Below, piece by piece: positions 1-16,008 of a stretch of 64,000 bases of DNA. Each line of letters begins with the position of its first letter. Position 1 is the stretch's first letter. The DNA lies in NCBI GenBank assembly GCA_051294375.1, contig CM119264.1:4949955-5013954 (forward strand). The letters are read 5' to 3'. The stretch comes from Paraspadella gotoi. Its lineage: Eukaryota > Animalia > Chaetognatha. A model generated the notes under the pieces. It worked only from the letters and a program-made list of their open reading frames with translations. It was not told where the DNA came from and did no database searches. The position numbers and the translations under genes were made by a program.

Positions 1-982
1 TTAAATTCGGTTATATATGTATGTTTTGATAGCTTTAAATTGAAAGAGGCTCGTCATGAAAACGGGGCGCTTGGATAGGAGAACTTGAAAAGCCCGCGTG
101 CAAGTTTTGATATTTTCAGTTTTTTTTAAGAAATAACAATTTTCCGACACCCCCGAAAATTAAATAGAATTTTGATATATTTAATCCTGTCATTCTAAAT
201 AAAATCGTCATGAAACTTTTTTAGATACTTAAATTCCACAAAGTCAAGAAAAATGACAAAATCAAATATTTTAAATAAAACGAGACGAGTTAGATTGGGT
301 AAAAAATCGAAAAATTAGGATGGTTTATCCTTTGGACTGCATTAGGATTTTGATTCAAAAAAATTTATCAGTACAGATTAAATATTTGTTTTTTGAATGA
401 ATAGTTTATATTATCTTTAGTAAGGGTGAAAGGAAATTTACGAGGTGGGGGCAGTAAATCTACGTCTAACATGGTAACGTCGAAATTGAGACATATTCTA
501 CTAAATCTGTGAGACAACGTTTTGGCTAAGTGCAATACAATATTTAAACTGGTTGTTCCCAACAGAGCTGTAATTACGTAAGATTTTCTCGGCTTAATTT
601 AGTTGATTTATATTTAGGTTTAGCTAAAAGACAACATAACTTCCAACCAAACGTCATTTTGTACAGCTCTATTCATTCAAAGAAGCAAACGAAACCTTTC
701 TATAAAATTTTTCCCATGTCTGTTTATTAAATATATCAGAGAAATAATTATTTTCTATACAGCAGCATCATATTCCACAGAAACTTTATAAAGACTGGTT
801 ATGATAAAAAAAAATACCCCCCAAAAAATAGTTTCCCTTTTTTTCCCTAATTTTCCATGAATTTACAAATCGATTGGAATTTTGAATTTGATGTGAAAAT
901 GTGTCGCAGTTAAGTTTTGATACCGAGTGAATCATGCTCTCGATAATCACGTCTTCATTGGAATAAGGCCTGAACATCTTAC

Positions 983-3900
983 CTTCGACTGTGACTCTGA
1001 GTGTTTTAGTAAATTACTTAAAGAACTGAAACTTCCTGGAATACCAAGAAGCTGAAAATCGGGGAAATGGTTTAAAAAAATTTACTGTTGTACTGAAAAG
1101 AAATGGATATTTTTCATGTCCAAAAAGATTCAAAACACCATGAAATGGTCGGCTTTATTTTCCCAAAGCGGTCCATTTTTGATCCTTTATTATAGAATTT
1201 AATTCTTACCTTAATATTTAATATAAATATATTTATATAATATATATAAACATATATATATATATATATTTTTTTTTAAACTTGTAATCCTTAACCCTAA
1301 TCCTGAACTTTAATTTTTAACCCTAACCCCTAACCTTAAACCCTAATTCCTAATCCATAACCTAATCTTTAACCCTATTCACTAACCTAATCCTTATATT
1401 AAATCTCTAACTTAATCCTTAACCTTCTACCTAATTTTTAAAAAAAAAATTAACCTAACTCCAGTTTTAGGATGAAATGGGAAGTTCTGGACATTTACCT
1501 TAGCTTGAGCACTGTTATTTTTATGGATGTTTTGATTGGAAGAAGACTTTCCAGTTTCGTCATCGACAGAAATGGTTGGGGGAGCAAGCATCGTTCCACT
1601 ATGTTCGCCAGTGGGAGAATGGTTTCCGCCGTAAGTTTGACCTAATCAATATAAAAAAAAAAGGTTTTAACCAATTTCAACCAATTCGAACAAAGTAACA
1701 AAATTTTCAGTTTTAAAAACAGATTTGAAACTGTATTTTTCTTTTTTGATACTGACTAGCAGGTGGAGTCGATGTTCCAGAAATATTCTTGGCCCCGTAT
1801 GAATCGATCTGAGCAAGATCCGTTTGCGAACTGCTCCGACCCTGTCGTTAAAAAATATTTTTTCTAATGATTTATAAAGCCGGTAATTATCTATTAAAAA
1901 TTATAACGTAAGCTAAAAGCTGATTAAATCTTAAAGAAAGAAATTATACAAATTTATACAACTTGTAATAACAGTAATATAATTACTAATTATTAATCTA
2001 CTAACACCATAAATATACATTTATATTTACCTTTAAGTTTTTCGTTTCTACTTTTGAACTTTCCAGATTAGGAGCAGCTGAAAGAAAATTTAAATTTCTT
2101 TTTTTTTTTTGGAACATTGATAAATTTAATCTTGAAAGCAACTTAGTTCAATATTAGTCCTAGTTTAGCATCAATTGTTAAGTAAATCAACTCAAACAGT
2201 CATAAATTTTGCAGGAGAATCATCAAAATAAAATATGATTTATGATTCATTATCAAACTAAAATCATGAAAACAACTGTTATTTGATCCAAGATATCTAG
2301 CGAAGAAAAGCTATCATAAGCAGTATAGCGCGAACCACAGCAAACTTAAATTTGGAAAACCCAATCGAAAGTCTCATTGTAAAGAATGTTACTTGGTACC
2401 TTGAGGACCAAAACCTTTGGACTTCACGACCGTAAGAAAAAAACAAAAAAAAACAAATGGCAACATCTAATATAAACGGGACTGTGAGAGAGTCTTGATT
2501 GAAAGCTTGCAGGGACCTGCTATGTATTATCTTGTAAGAGTGATGGAGGCCTTAAACCACCAAAGCCTGTCCAAAGTCAGGGGCAAGATAGCTTATTTAT
2601 TAAATGAATGGATCATTTTTATATTGGTTGTACCAATTTCATAAAATTCAGCTCCTTGTATTTTGATGCTAGTGCGGAGTACAATAAGTATTCCCCGATC
2701 TAATACTTAAGGGAGTGGTCTTTTCATACAATTGAAACATTCTTTGAAATATTTTCCACTTCATTGATAGGGAAGCCAGGTACTCTGGGAGTGAATAAAC
2801 GAGACTGTGAGAGAGTCTTGATTGAAACCTTGCAGGGACCTGCTATGTCATTATCTTGTAAGAGTGATGGAGGCCTTAAACCACCAAAGCCTGTCCAAAG
2901 TCAGGGGCAAGATAGCTTATTTATTAAATGAATGATAATTTTTATGTTGGTTGTACCAATTTCATAAACAAATTAGGAGGAGAACTCAAGAGAAAAGCCC
3001 GGGAATCGAACCTCTGGTGGCGCAAGATGATCTTTAACAATAAAGAGGGGAACGGAACTTTCTCGATTTTCCTCATCCCCGAATTCCCAGGAAGTGTCGC
3101 TATCGAGACGAGATCGCTTGGGTAACATTCTTCAGACCGGATGCGGGGGAAACAAAAAAAATTGTTTGACCTTAAGACTTGAAAATCGAAAAGACAATAA
3201 ACATAGGACAAACAAAGCGCTACCTATTCAACTGCTCTTTAAAGGAATTACTACGAGGACGAGAGTTCTGTGTCTCGGCGTCGCACGAGCTATCGACTAT
3301 CAGCCGATGGGGGAAGAAAATGAAAAAAAGGAAACGTTACCAGTCCTTTATTGTCTTAAACCTTCAATGAGATATAATAACTACTGCTATCCTGCTCTTC
3401 ATATTATATAATTCCATAACTTATGCACAAGTTGTTATTGTGCGTATGTATTGTGTTCCTATTTTGACAAATAGACTGATTAATGAACAAATGTAGTTTT
3501 AAAATCCCCTTTAAAAGTTAGAGAGACTTCAAAGACAAACGCGCAAACTAAAAGTACTTATTCGCTACGTCTTCTTTCTTATTTTGTTAAATATCTGTGT
3601 TGAAAGTTAAACTTATACACTGATCACTGATCGGTTGATGACAGAAGAACTCACAACTGTCGCCCGCGTGGGAAGATTTCTTTCCGATTTCCGAGAGGGA
3701 TCGAATTCCTGGGAAACTTTGATGGTGCTTGGAACCGTGTTGGGAATTTTTCTTGTCATGTTGATGTCTGTGGCGCAGATTGACCAAATGCTCCCTCACC
3801 TGAAATAGGAAAGAGAAAAAATGAAATATTTTAGCAAGGACAAGGATCACTAGGGAAGCCCGGGGCTCAGTGACATGTCAGTGGCTTCGCTTCCTCATTG

Positions 3901-4920
3901 GTTGCCCTGAGATAATACTAATAACGTCTCGATTTACCAACTAAACCAGAAGTCGCAAGGATTTCACTCGAAACGCACTAATGGAATTGAGCGTTAGCTC
4001 TCTGAGTCATTGCCACGAGATTGACAGCATCGATATTACGCAAAGGACAATAGTTTTTTTCAAAAAGCAATAAGCTTAGGCGAAAATAAGAAACAATAAC
4101 ATTTAATCTCATTCTTTAATTTCCCTCCCTAGTCTCTTTTCTTCCTCTCACACAGGAGACAGAGCGATAGCAACAAAAATCTCAATTGCGTAATGCAGTA
4201 TATAAAAATTATTTTATCAATAGATAAAAACAAGTTCCCATTTTTTTTTTACAAACAATACTTAAATAAGTTGGCAATTAAAGAAGCTTCTAATTTTTTT
4301 TCACTCTTTCAATTTCCCCCTAACGGACATCCTGTTTATAGTCACAACAAGCCGCGAGAACTGACTTTCATCTTTTGTCCCTCCGTCAGATGGCTGTTGT
4401 GCGGTTGGCTGACGATGAGATCGGCGACGGCCTCCATAGAGGACGCGTCAGCATCGAGGAGGACGGAGTGATTCATCAAACAATTGCGCAACTCGAATAG
4501 CGAATGGAGCGACAGAGTGGCCACGTGGGGCTTTGACCAACGATCGCCTCCTTCCTCCACGTCTTCCTCAAATTTAACCCACCTGTTTGTGAGGATGGGG
4601 TGGATGGGTGGGGATTGAGCCCCGTTATCATTAATATTATTGTAATAATAATCTTTGTATTTATTAAAGTTTAATTTTGATTAAATCTGTATCCAGAAAT
4701 GTTGCTAAGCAAAGGGCGCCAACGTTTTAAATTTTTTTTTTTTTACTTTTTGACTCTGTTTTTAATAGTTTTTAAATAGATAAAAAAATTATTTGACAAT
4801 TAGTCGGACATGTTTCGACTCTTACATTGAGAGTCTTCATCAGCGTTTTATTTTGACAGGTTTTTCTCTGTAAACATTGAGTTAGTGAGAGAGAGAGAGA
4901 AAAAAATGGGGAGAGAGAGT

Positions 4921-4979
<59 letters not shown>

Positions 4980-6804
4980 TTTCCAACAAAGAATTGAAAA
5001 AGGACAGTGTTCAGATGTGAGGTGAAGGTAAGAACAGGGACTCGTAAAAAAGATCTTCTCTCAGAATATTTTCACGTCCTTGGTAAGTAAAAAAAAATTT
5101 TAGAATATTGTCATTAATAATAATTATTAAAAAGTTAGATTCATTGTTTATCGGAAACCTCATAAATTTTAAATAAATTCTCTTACATAATTTATATAAT
5201 ATATATTTCTAAAAATGTATATTGACAATATTATTGTATAAGATATTCACACTACCCTTTATGCCACGCTACCTGGCGGTCTCTTTCCACTGAACTTCTC
5301 CGTCCATGTCGGTTCTCAACTCGTCCATCTCAGAGAAGAGTTGATGAGGATGATGTTCCTCATCCTCGTCTCCTCCGAGGATGAACTGCACTCGCTGCGA
5401 CGGCGTCACTTCAACTACGCCGGCGCCGCTGGCGCCGCCGTCCATGGCGGGCCGCGAAGTTGCCCGTTTGTGGTGACTGATGGAGAGGAAATCGAACAAA
5501 AGGTCAAGTTTATTTGAACACTGAGCTTAGAATTTATTTTTTTCGTAGTTAATGAAATTCAAATATTTTAAAATTAATGGTCACAAGTTAAAATTGGTTA
5601 GAGCGAAAGAGTTATTTTTTTTAGCAAATAGGGTCATATTTTCTGGAGGGTTTATCGAAAGCGTAAGTCGCCCATGATCATGCACATCCAGACAAATAGT
5701 TAATGAAGATTGAATGATCTTGTTAGTGCAAGTAGATGCACATAAAACTAATTTTAACAACCCATAAAATAAATCGGCAAACTTAATAAAATTAAAAATA
5801 AGACTCACTCATTTCTTTAAAATTACAAAAAAGTAAAGAAAAAGAATTTTTAGATTAAAAAAAAACAAACGACAAATTAAAAAAAACAAAAAAAACAAGA
5901 ACGGTAATTCAAATGTGTTGCGCTCATGACTGTCTATCATATGTATTTCTTAATGATATGACGTAACATGATATGACGTGATAAGACATGACCTGACTTC
6001 AATAACTTTCTTTGCCTATTTATAACATGCATTGCATTGGAATCGTCTTTTGTTTTTTATAGTTTTAGAATTTCCTGAGGGCGGCGCTAGTAATAATTTG
6101 AGGATTTTCCCTTCTTAACAAATGAACATTGAGCAACCAACTATATGCAAGTTATGAGCATTTTTAATATAAGTGGGAAAGACTGACGGACAGACATACC
6201 GACGGACCGACCGAAAAGTAACTTATAGAGTTGCTCCACGAGTACTCGCGGCGCAACTAATAAGAAAAGGGAAAGCGAACCGATGCTTGTGATGAGCTCT
6301 GTGATGAGTGGGACGATGGCTCGGCGTGCTGTTCCCAGCTCCGGATGATCCATGATGACCTTCCGAATCTGATTTTCCGCTCGATGGGACTTGAAACCCA
6401 ATGTAAACCGCAGCAGCTCGGTGGCCTTTATAGTCATCCTCGCTGGGGAAAAATAAACAGGGAGAGAGCATTAAAATAATTTACAAAACGATGGTTCATT
6501 TAAGTTGGTTGTGGTATATTTCTCGCAAAAAAAAACTGCTCTAATGTTACGTGCTCATCTTTTCTTCTTTTTTTTCGCTTCTTTTATACAATTACTTATA
6601 ATGTTTTTTTGTCATTTTTTATGATTTTAAATATTCTGCTAAGTATATCGAAGTCAGAATCGGATTAAAGCAGCGATAAAACACCGCTTTTGTTACTAAC
6701 AAAATTTAAAAAAATATTTAACCACCCCTGACTAATTACAACCTGTACGCCAAGCCGGTATCCACGGCGAGTCCAACGTCTTTTACGGGCGATTCGTCGT
6801 CCAT
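983..6804 (-). CDS. SLC4-family (Na+-coupled) bicarbonate transporter, 5' exons (N-terminal cytoplasmic domain); gene continues left of the window
   Basis: Spliced exons with GT/AG ends: 6804-6743 ([10 protein letters not shown]..), 6442-6281 ([27 protein letters not shown]), 5476-5273 ([27 protein letters not shown]), 4582-4366 ([32 protein letters not shown]), 3799-3655 ([17 protein letters not shown]). These are hallmark SLC4A7/8/10-like motifs. Small exons at ~2087-2031, ~1841-1757, ~1641-1499 and ~1051-983 are less certain. Confidence 0.9.
1285..1435. repeat. Degenerate (TAACCC)n telomere-like interstitial repeat
   Basis: Repeated ccctaa/cctaa/ccttaa hexamer variants in an SLC4 intron. 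Confidence 0.55.
2527..2591 (+). ncRNA. Type-P5 twister ribozyme motif, family A copy 1
   Basis: UUAUCUUGU(P5) AAGA GU(P2') GA UGG(T1') AGGCCU(P1) U^AA AC(P2) C AC(T2) C AAA G CCUG(P4) U CCA(T1) AA GU(T2') CAGG(P4') G GCAAGAUAG(P5'). All pairings can form. Confidence 0.8.
2851..2915 (+). ncRNA. Type-P5 twister ribozyme motif, family A copy 2
   Basis: Identical 65-nt motif to 2527-2591; predicted cleavage between 2877 and 2878. Confidence 0.8.
4805..4845 (-). ncRNA. Minimal type I hammerhead ribozyme (Penelope-like element remnant)
   Basis: Minus strand reads CG CUGAUGA A GACUCU caaugua AGAGUC GAAA CAUG UC CG: conserved core, 6-bp stem II, palindromic CAUG stem III. Confidence 0.75.
5894..6260 (+). 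mobile_element. DINE-1/HINE-like non-autonomous Helentron element (family H1)
   Basis: Starts AACAAG, has a subterminal gttgcgc motif and a (GACC/GACG/GACA)n microsatellite, and ends with the hairpin agttgctccacgagtactcgcggcgcaact-AA. Second copy at ~9308-9662; fragments at ~23220-23325, ~32715-32780 and ~53530-53592. Confidence 0.65.
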
Positions 6805-7388
6805 CTTGTTTTTATTTTAGATTAAAACTCTTTCTTCATTTGTTCATCTTTTGCAAATAGTAACCAAGCGAAGTGACAATCTGAAAACGAATAAAGTATA
6901 ACGAATAAATATTTTTCTTCGTTCTGTGATTTTAGATTTGCACTCCGTAGTCCCAGCAGGCATTCAAAAAAACAACAAAACATTTGACTTAAAGATTTAT
7001 ATATTTTTTTTTACAAAATAGAAAAACCAGCGTAGATCGGTATTGATTCCAGATGCGATGAAATGGCAGATGAACGCGCCATAAATATTTTCACCTTTAA
7101 TACAAATATTTACATTTAAAAACTCTGCCTTTAGTTTTCCTTGATTAAAAACAAAGGCTCCAAACGTGCTTGGCTTATGACGTAATTTTATCAAAAAAAT
7201 ATTTGTACTCGAATTAGAAAAGAACTGTTTTGCAATTCCTTCTTTTCCTCTTTCAGTGCGAATTCCACAGACTGGAATTGGAAAATATGATCGATCGTCC
7301 GTCCAGCGCACCGACCAAAAAGCAAGGACCAAATTTCAAGAAGAACATGATTACGCATGCTGTAGTTACGCCGGGCTTGCAACACACA

Positions 7389-7429
<41 letters not shown>

Positions 7430-10400
7430 CCTCTCTCTCTCTTTCTATAAATCCCGAAGTGTATTTTTATTAGAAGTAAATATAATATAAATATAACTTC
7501 TTATTATGAAAATATAATTTCAAAGCAATTGTTCATTTTGTTTCTTTTCAAAACGCACATTCGTTGTAAAAGAAGAATCACAATTCAATCCAGAAAATAT
7601 CCATTTCCCGATAGGAATAAATCGTTTAAATATGCAAAGCTCATAAACAACAGAGCCTAAAAGATTAATCGATCCAGAAGTTTTTAAATTTGAATTTTGT
7701 AATTACTTTTTTTAAAGACTAGCGTTTACGTTTAGTCAATAGTCAGCACAGGATGTAAAATCTTAAGAAACAAACCCGCGGAAAAAACGGGAACGGATCC
7801 CAGGGTTTCGTTCCAACGATCGAACATGGAAGATCGGGAACCGGATTTTCGACGAACTTAGGGAACGAGAAGTAGAACCTTAGTCTCTCTTCAAGATCAT
7901 TAGGAGTATGAAAATTAAATAAGTAATAAATCGAAAATCGATTAGTATTATATCTTAGAGGTCATGGCGATTACGTAATAGTACGACGTCCTTGCGGCAC
8001 TGACGTTAAAAATGTAACAACCATCGGTTTTCAATATGACGAAAACAAACGGTTAATCATCGCATTTTAAACGTCCGGAAAAAAAAAAATTAAAAAGGAG
8101 AAAAACGAATGAAAAAATCCGGGAATTTTTTTCGAGAAGAAGAAGAAGAAACGTTATCATTCAATCTCTCAATGCGTAAAAGAAAGAAATTTTTTTTCTT
8201 TTTGTTCTTCTTTCTTCGGACGAACGAACGAACAAAAACGAACGTTCGTAATAACAACGTCCGAAGCATCGGATGAAAATCCGCGGCATCGGCAGCGGCG
8301 TCGGGAGCGGCGTCGGGAGCGGCATCGGCAGCGGCGTCGGCGCGAGGCGAGTAAGACTCGAAAGCGGATAGAAAGATAGTAAAAAGAGGAAAAAAAAAGA
8401 ATGAAAGGCAAAGAATAAAACGAGTATTTGAAAATTTTGAAATCGTTGAAATCGAAAACGAGCGTGCACGTTTTCAAGGACGTCCGGCGAGAAGCAACCA
8501 CCCTAAAAAATCTATGGCTGCCGTCCCTTTTTACGTTTGCCGCCCATCCCCCCTTTTAAAAAAAAAATTATTAGCCCCCCCCCCACTTTTCGCTCTTCTT
8601 GCAGTGAAATAAGTCAAGGAATTTTTTAACGTCATTTCGATAGGCAGCAACGGGGATTGAACTCGAATCAGGACCCATCACGTGCTCATCGGCGTTTTAA
8701 CGACAACGACCTTTTATTTCACCTTTTATTTCACCACCTCAAATTCTAAAATTGTTTTCCTTTTGTTTTTTTTTCAATTTTTTCCCCGTCTATTTAACTT
8801 GTCTTTCCTACTCGGAAGATTTGTCTCTTACTTTCTCTACTATGAGCAATTTCCCTTTACTTTCTATAGAAATTTGCTTTAACATTTTCATGATTTTCAT
8901 TTCTTAATTTAATACTTTGGATTATTACTTTGTTTCTATATTTTACGTGCTTTCATTCTTCGACTTTCAAATTTTAGATCTTTATTCTTTATATTTGACA
9001 ATATCAATCTTCGCTCTTTGTATTTGTTTTCGTTATTTTTTATTCTTAAACTTAGTCTATTTATTTTTACTTAAAACTTTATTCATCAGCCTGAGCTTAG
9101 CTTTCTTTACAAAACGCCCTTTTCCTGGAGAATCCGGGAAAAGCTTTTTAAGTTTTTCCTATTTCTCACATTAAATTTATTAAATTTAAATCGTAATAAA
9201 AATGATAGAAACAACATCTTTATTTCAAAATTAAATTTTAGGAAAAAAATAGAAAATAGAGAATAACAAAGGGCTGTGAGGAGTGAGTAAAGAAAAATAT
9301 AAGAAAGAACAAGAATGGTAATTCAAATGTGTTGCGCCGCAGGACTGCCTTATCACATGTATTTCTCATGACATGACATTACGTGATATGACATCAAGTT
9401 ATATAACATGACTACAATAACTTTCTTAGCCCGTGTATTTATGACATGCACTGCATCAAAATTCCGTCTTTTAATCTATTTTAGTTTTAGGATTTCCTAC
9501 GGCCGCGCTTGCAGTCCCTTAGATTTGAGGTTTTTTTCTGACTTAACAAAAGAGCAACCAACTATAAGAAAATTATATGCATTTTTAATGTAAGTGGGAC
9601 AGACTGACGGACCGACCGAAAGACCGACCGAAAAGTGACTTAAAGAGAACACGCGGCGTAAGAAAGAAAGTCGGAAAAAAAAAGAATGAGGAGGAAAAAA
9701 AATATCATATTTGAAAATAGAAAGAAATAAAAAGTGAGAAACATGAAAGGATAGAAAAAAGAAAGCCTCTTTGTTTGAAAATTTCAAATATTCTTATCTA
9801 TACTGGTATATAAACCTTACAATCAAAATCACTTTTAGGCAGATCGAATCATCGTTATACTTGTAGCGATACAAAAATATAGCTATTCAATACAACAAGT
9901 CCATTTTGCGTTTAAGCCACTTCAATTACTCCACAATAATCACCGGCGTAAATTTTTAAAACAAAATTTTTGGAGGTGTTATTTATCTTTCAATAAATCA
10001 ATTGTGCGATCCTTTTGAAAGAAAAGTACGCAAATTTTGAACCCGCGGCTATTTTTAAAAAAATTACTTGAAAAAAAAGTCAGCTGCATAGCAAAAATAA
10101 TAGTGCGTATAACCATTAACCATAACAATCTCTTAATCCTTTTATCGATTAAAACTGACAACTACAGCCCTCTTATCTCAAGGCGAGGGTTAGTTTCGTC
10201 CAGAGCAAGGTCAACGACACTCAGAAATTTCCAATTACCTGTTGCAACGAGCCACCATTTTCTGCACTCGCGGCCATTCCTCGGAATTTCCTTTAGCGTG
10301 TTAGGGCGACTCTCTCTCCACACGCAGCGAAAAAGAGAGAGAGAGAGAGAGCGCTTCACCCTATTTCCCCCAAAAAACCACGCAGTAATCGCACGAAGAC

Positions 10401-11044
10401 GAAAAACAAATTAACAAAAGTATAAAAAAAATAACCATGGAAGGGCAAAAGCTTCATTACGTTGTCGAGAATATGGAGAAGGAAGAGTACAATGAGGAAG
10501 AGGCGGCATGATGCAATGACGTCAATACTGCTATGTGAAGTGGACGATTCCAATGCTCAGAAAAGGAGTTTCTTCTGTTTAAAGCACAAAAGTTTTTAAC
10601 GCGTCCGTACTTCGGGCGTTGTACTAAGAAAAAGATTGGGGAATCGTAAACGAGTGAGAGAAATCTTGAGCGAGTTAGAGTGTAGGACGGAAAATCGATA
10701 TTTCTATTTAGATCTTTAACCTAAGGCGAAGTTGGATAAGTTTTAGTTTCCCAGGAAAAAGAACGTATGTATTACTCTATTAGTATATTTAGCAATATTT
10801 TATAAGTAACTAGGTAGTTTATAAAAAAGTTTTCTTTTCCCTAATTCTGCCATGAACTTTTAAAAAAAATTAATAACAAAGTAAATCTTCAATTTTATTT
10901 CGTTCGATAAAATTGAAATAAATTTAAAAAAAAACAACAACAAAAAAGTTGGACAATTTTTTTGGCGACGTAGCTTTTTCCTCTTTTTTTTTTGATGGAC
11001 TAAAGCGACGGATATATAACCGGATTGATAATAAAGTAACCGGA

Positions 11045-14045
<3,001 letters not shown>

Positions 14046-14284
14046 TTTGTCGGTTGGGTGTTGACGGGTTTAAGAAGAAAATCTGGAAGAAAAAAATTAT
14101 GATATAAATGAATCACCTTTGAAAACTTTTAAATTAACCAGTCAATTTGCCTTGGAATGTTAATTAGAGTGGGTAGCAACGATCCAATCAAAACATGACC
14201 CAATCTGTCTACTTGTGGTCTAACTATATTTTATATATGACCTTATGGTGGACTAAAATCCACCAACCGTTCATCAAGGAGGAG

Positions 14285-14437
14285 GAAGGTCATTCACCTC
14301 CAAAATTTAAACGGTCCGGGGTTCTAACCCGGTGATCGCCTCGCAGTTATGAGGGACGGGGCGCTTAACCCACCTGTAACACGGTGTTACAGCCTGATCC
14401 GAAGCTCAGGGACTGCTTATATTGAACGGTTCTGTCA
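14285..14437 (+). mobile_element. tRNA-like-head SINE family B with type-P5 twister motif (14343-14416)
   Basis: B-box-like ggttctaacccgg is followed by GCAGUU AUGA GG GA CGG GGCGCU UAA CC C ACC [P3 cuguaacac-gg-uguuacag] CCUGA UCCGAAGC UCAGG GACUGC. Second copy at ~22990-23137. Confidence 0.7.
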
Positions 14438-15872
14438 CTATATCGTTTGAAATTTTGATTTTAGAATTAATATTTGATACTTTTGTTTTTCACAATTTAC
14501 ACTTTTTTTTCCAATCAAGCTACATATTTCACGATCCACCATACACCTATTAGGGAAAAATCATCTCTTTTTTTTTTAAATATTTTTCTTCTTATTTTTT
14601 CCTTCTCCACTTTATTATTTTTTCTTTGGTGTTAGCGTTATTTCTTTTTTCATTTCTTTATTTCTATCTTTTTTTTTCTCCTTGCCCTTCAGAGGAATCA
14701 AACTCAAAAAACGACTCGAGTAAAATCCGCCGGAATCGGAATGGAACTCTCTTATTGGTGGAGAGACAAATGGCACTAGCCAATGAGCAGATGGGCTTCC
14801 CTTATCTCCGATCCGATGGGACTGTATAAATTGGAACCAATTTTGTATTGATTCATTCTGCCTGGAAATTGACACCGTCTTGTTATTGTCTATTTTCTGA
14901 GAATACAATTTCACCTTGATTTCATATCGAAATCCCTGTCCACTTACTTAAATGTGGTGACAAAAGTGAATTCAACTCACCACGTCTCCACCAAGAAGAG
15001 CCAAGCCTTACACCACCGGAACCACGCCGCCTTTCAAGAAGATGGACAACACCTCCGCCCCAACCGTCCCTCCGACTTGGAAAAAAAAAACTTTAGGTAC
15101 CTGCACTTGTTAAAGATAAACTCTTTCTAATAAAGACAAACAATGAACTTTTTTTCCTAATTACTTCACACTAAACTTTCTTAATTTTTCCATTTTTAAC
15201 AAATCCTTTCGCCCAAAACATTGTGAATATTCATGAGAGTCTGGCGACTCAAGTTGACCTTCGGTCATCAAGATAACCTCAGTCACAAAGAATCCTTTTC
15301 ACCGAACTACCGTGAGGCCTCGAGCAGATTTTAGTTTAAGACTCATGAAGAAGAGTTTTTTTTTTATTGAAAAGACGGAGTCGAACCAATTTGAAAAGGA
15401 TTTCTTGATTTCTTTTTCTTTCTATTTGCGTTTGAAGGAGAGAGAGAGAGAGAGGAGAGAGAGAGACATAAGATTTTTAATCAATTTTGTTCGGCTTGGA
15501 TTAGAACCGCCTTTTCGCCGGCCATACTAACTGCCTGATACTATGAGTGATAGTAATCCGGTCACGGTACGCCGTCGAAATTCTCGACAAGGATCACAAA
15601 GACAAGTTCAACCCTAACAATGCAATAACGAAATTTAACGACATTCGGAAAATGACGCCTGTCGGCAAATAATGCCATTCGAGTTAAATGACACGGCCCC
15701 CTATAGGTTCTAGCGCCTTTCCAAAAAGAAATTACTACTCATTACTTATTCAGGACGAATAAAGAAAAAACCGGATGAACGAGAAACAGAAAAGAGAAAA
15801 GAGAATAAAGGAATAAAGGAAAAGTTGAGAGGGGAAGGTGAAGGTATCAATCGGATGACGAGGGTCTTAACA

Positions 15873-16008
<136 letters not shown>

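Larger units (their letters stand above)
2473..2968 (+). mobile_element. Two tandem copies of dispersed ~260-bp repeat family A (twister-bearing)
   Basis: Near-identical blocks at ~2473-2645 and ~2707-2968. Further copies at ~48905-49165, ~50375-50625, ~55200-55450 (minus) and, degenerate, ~25830-26072. Confidence 0.9.
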
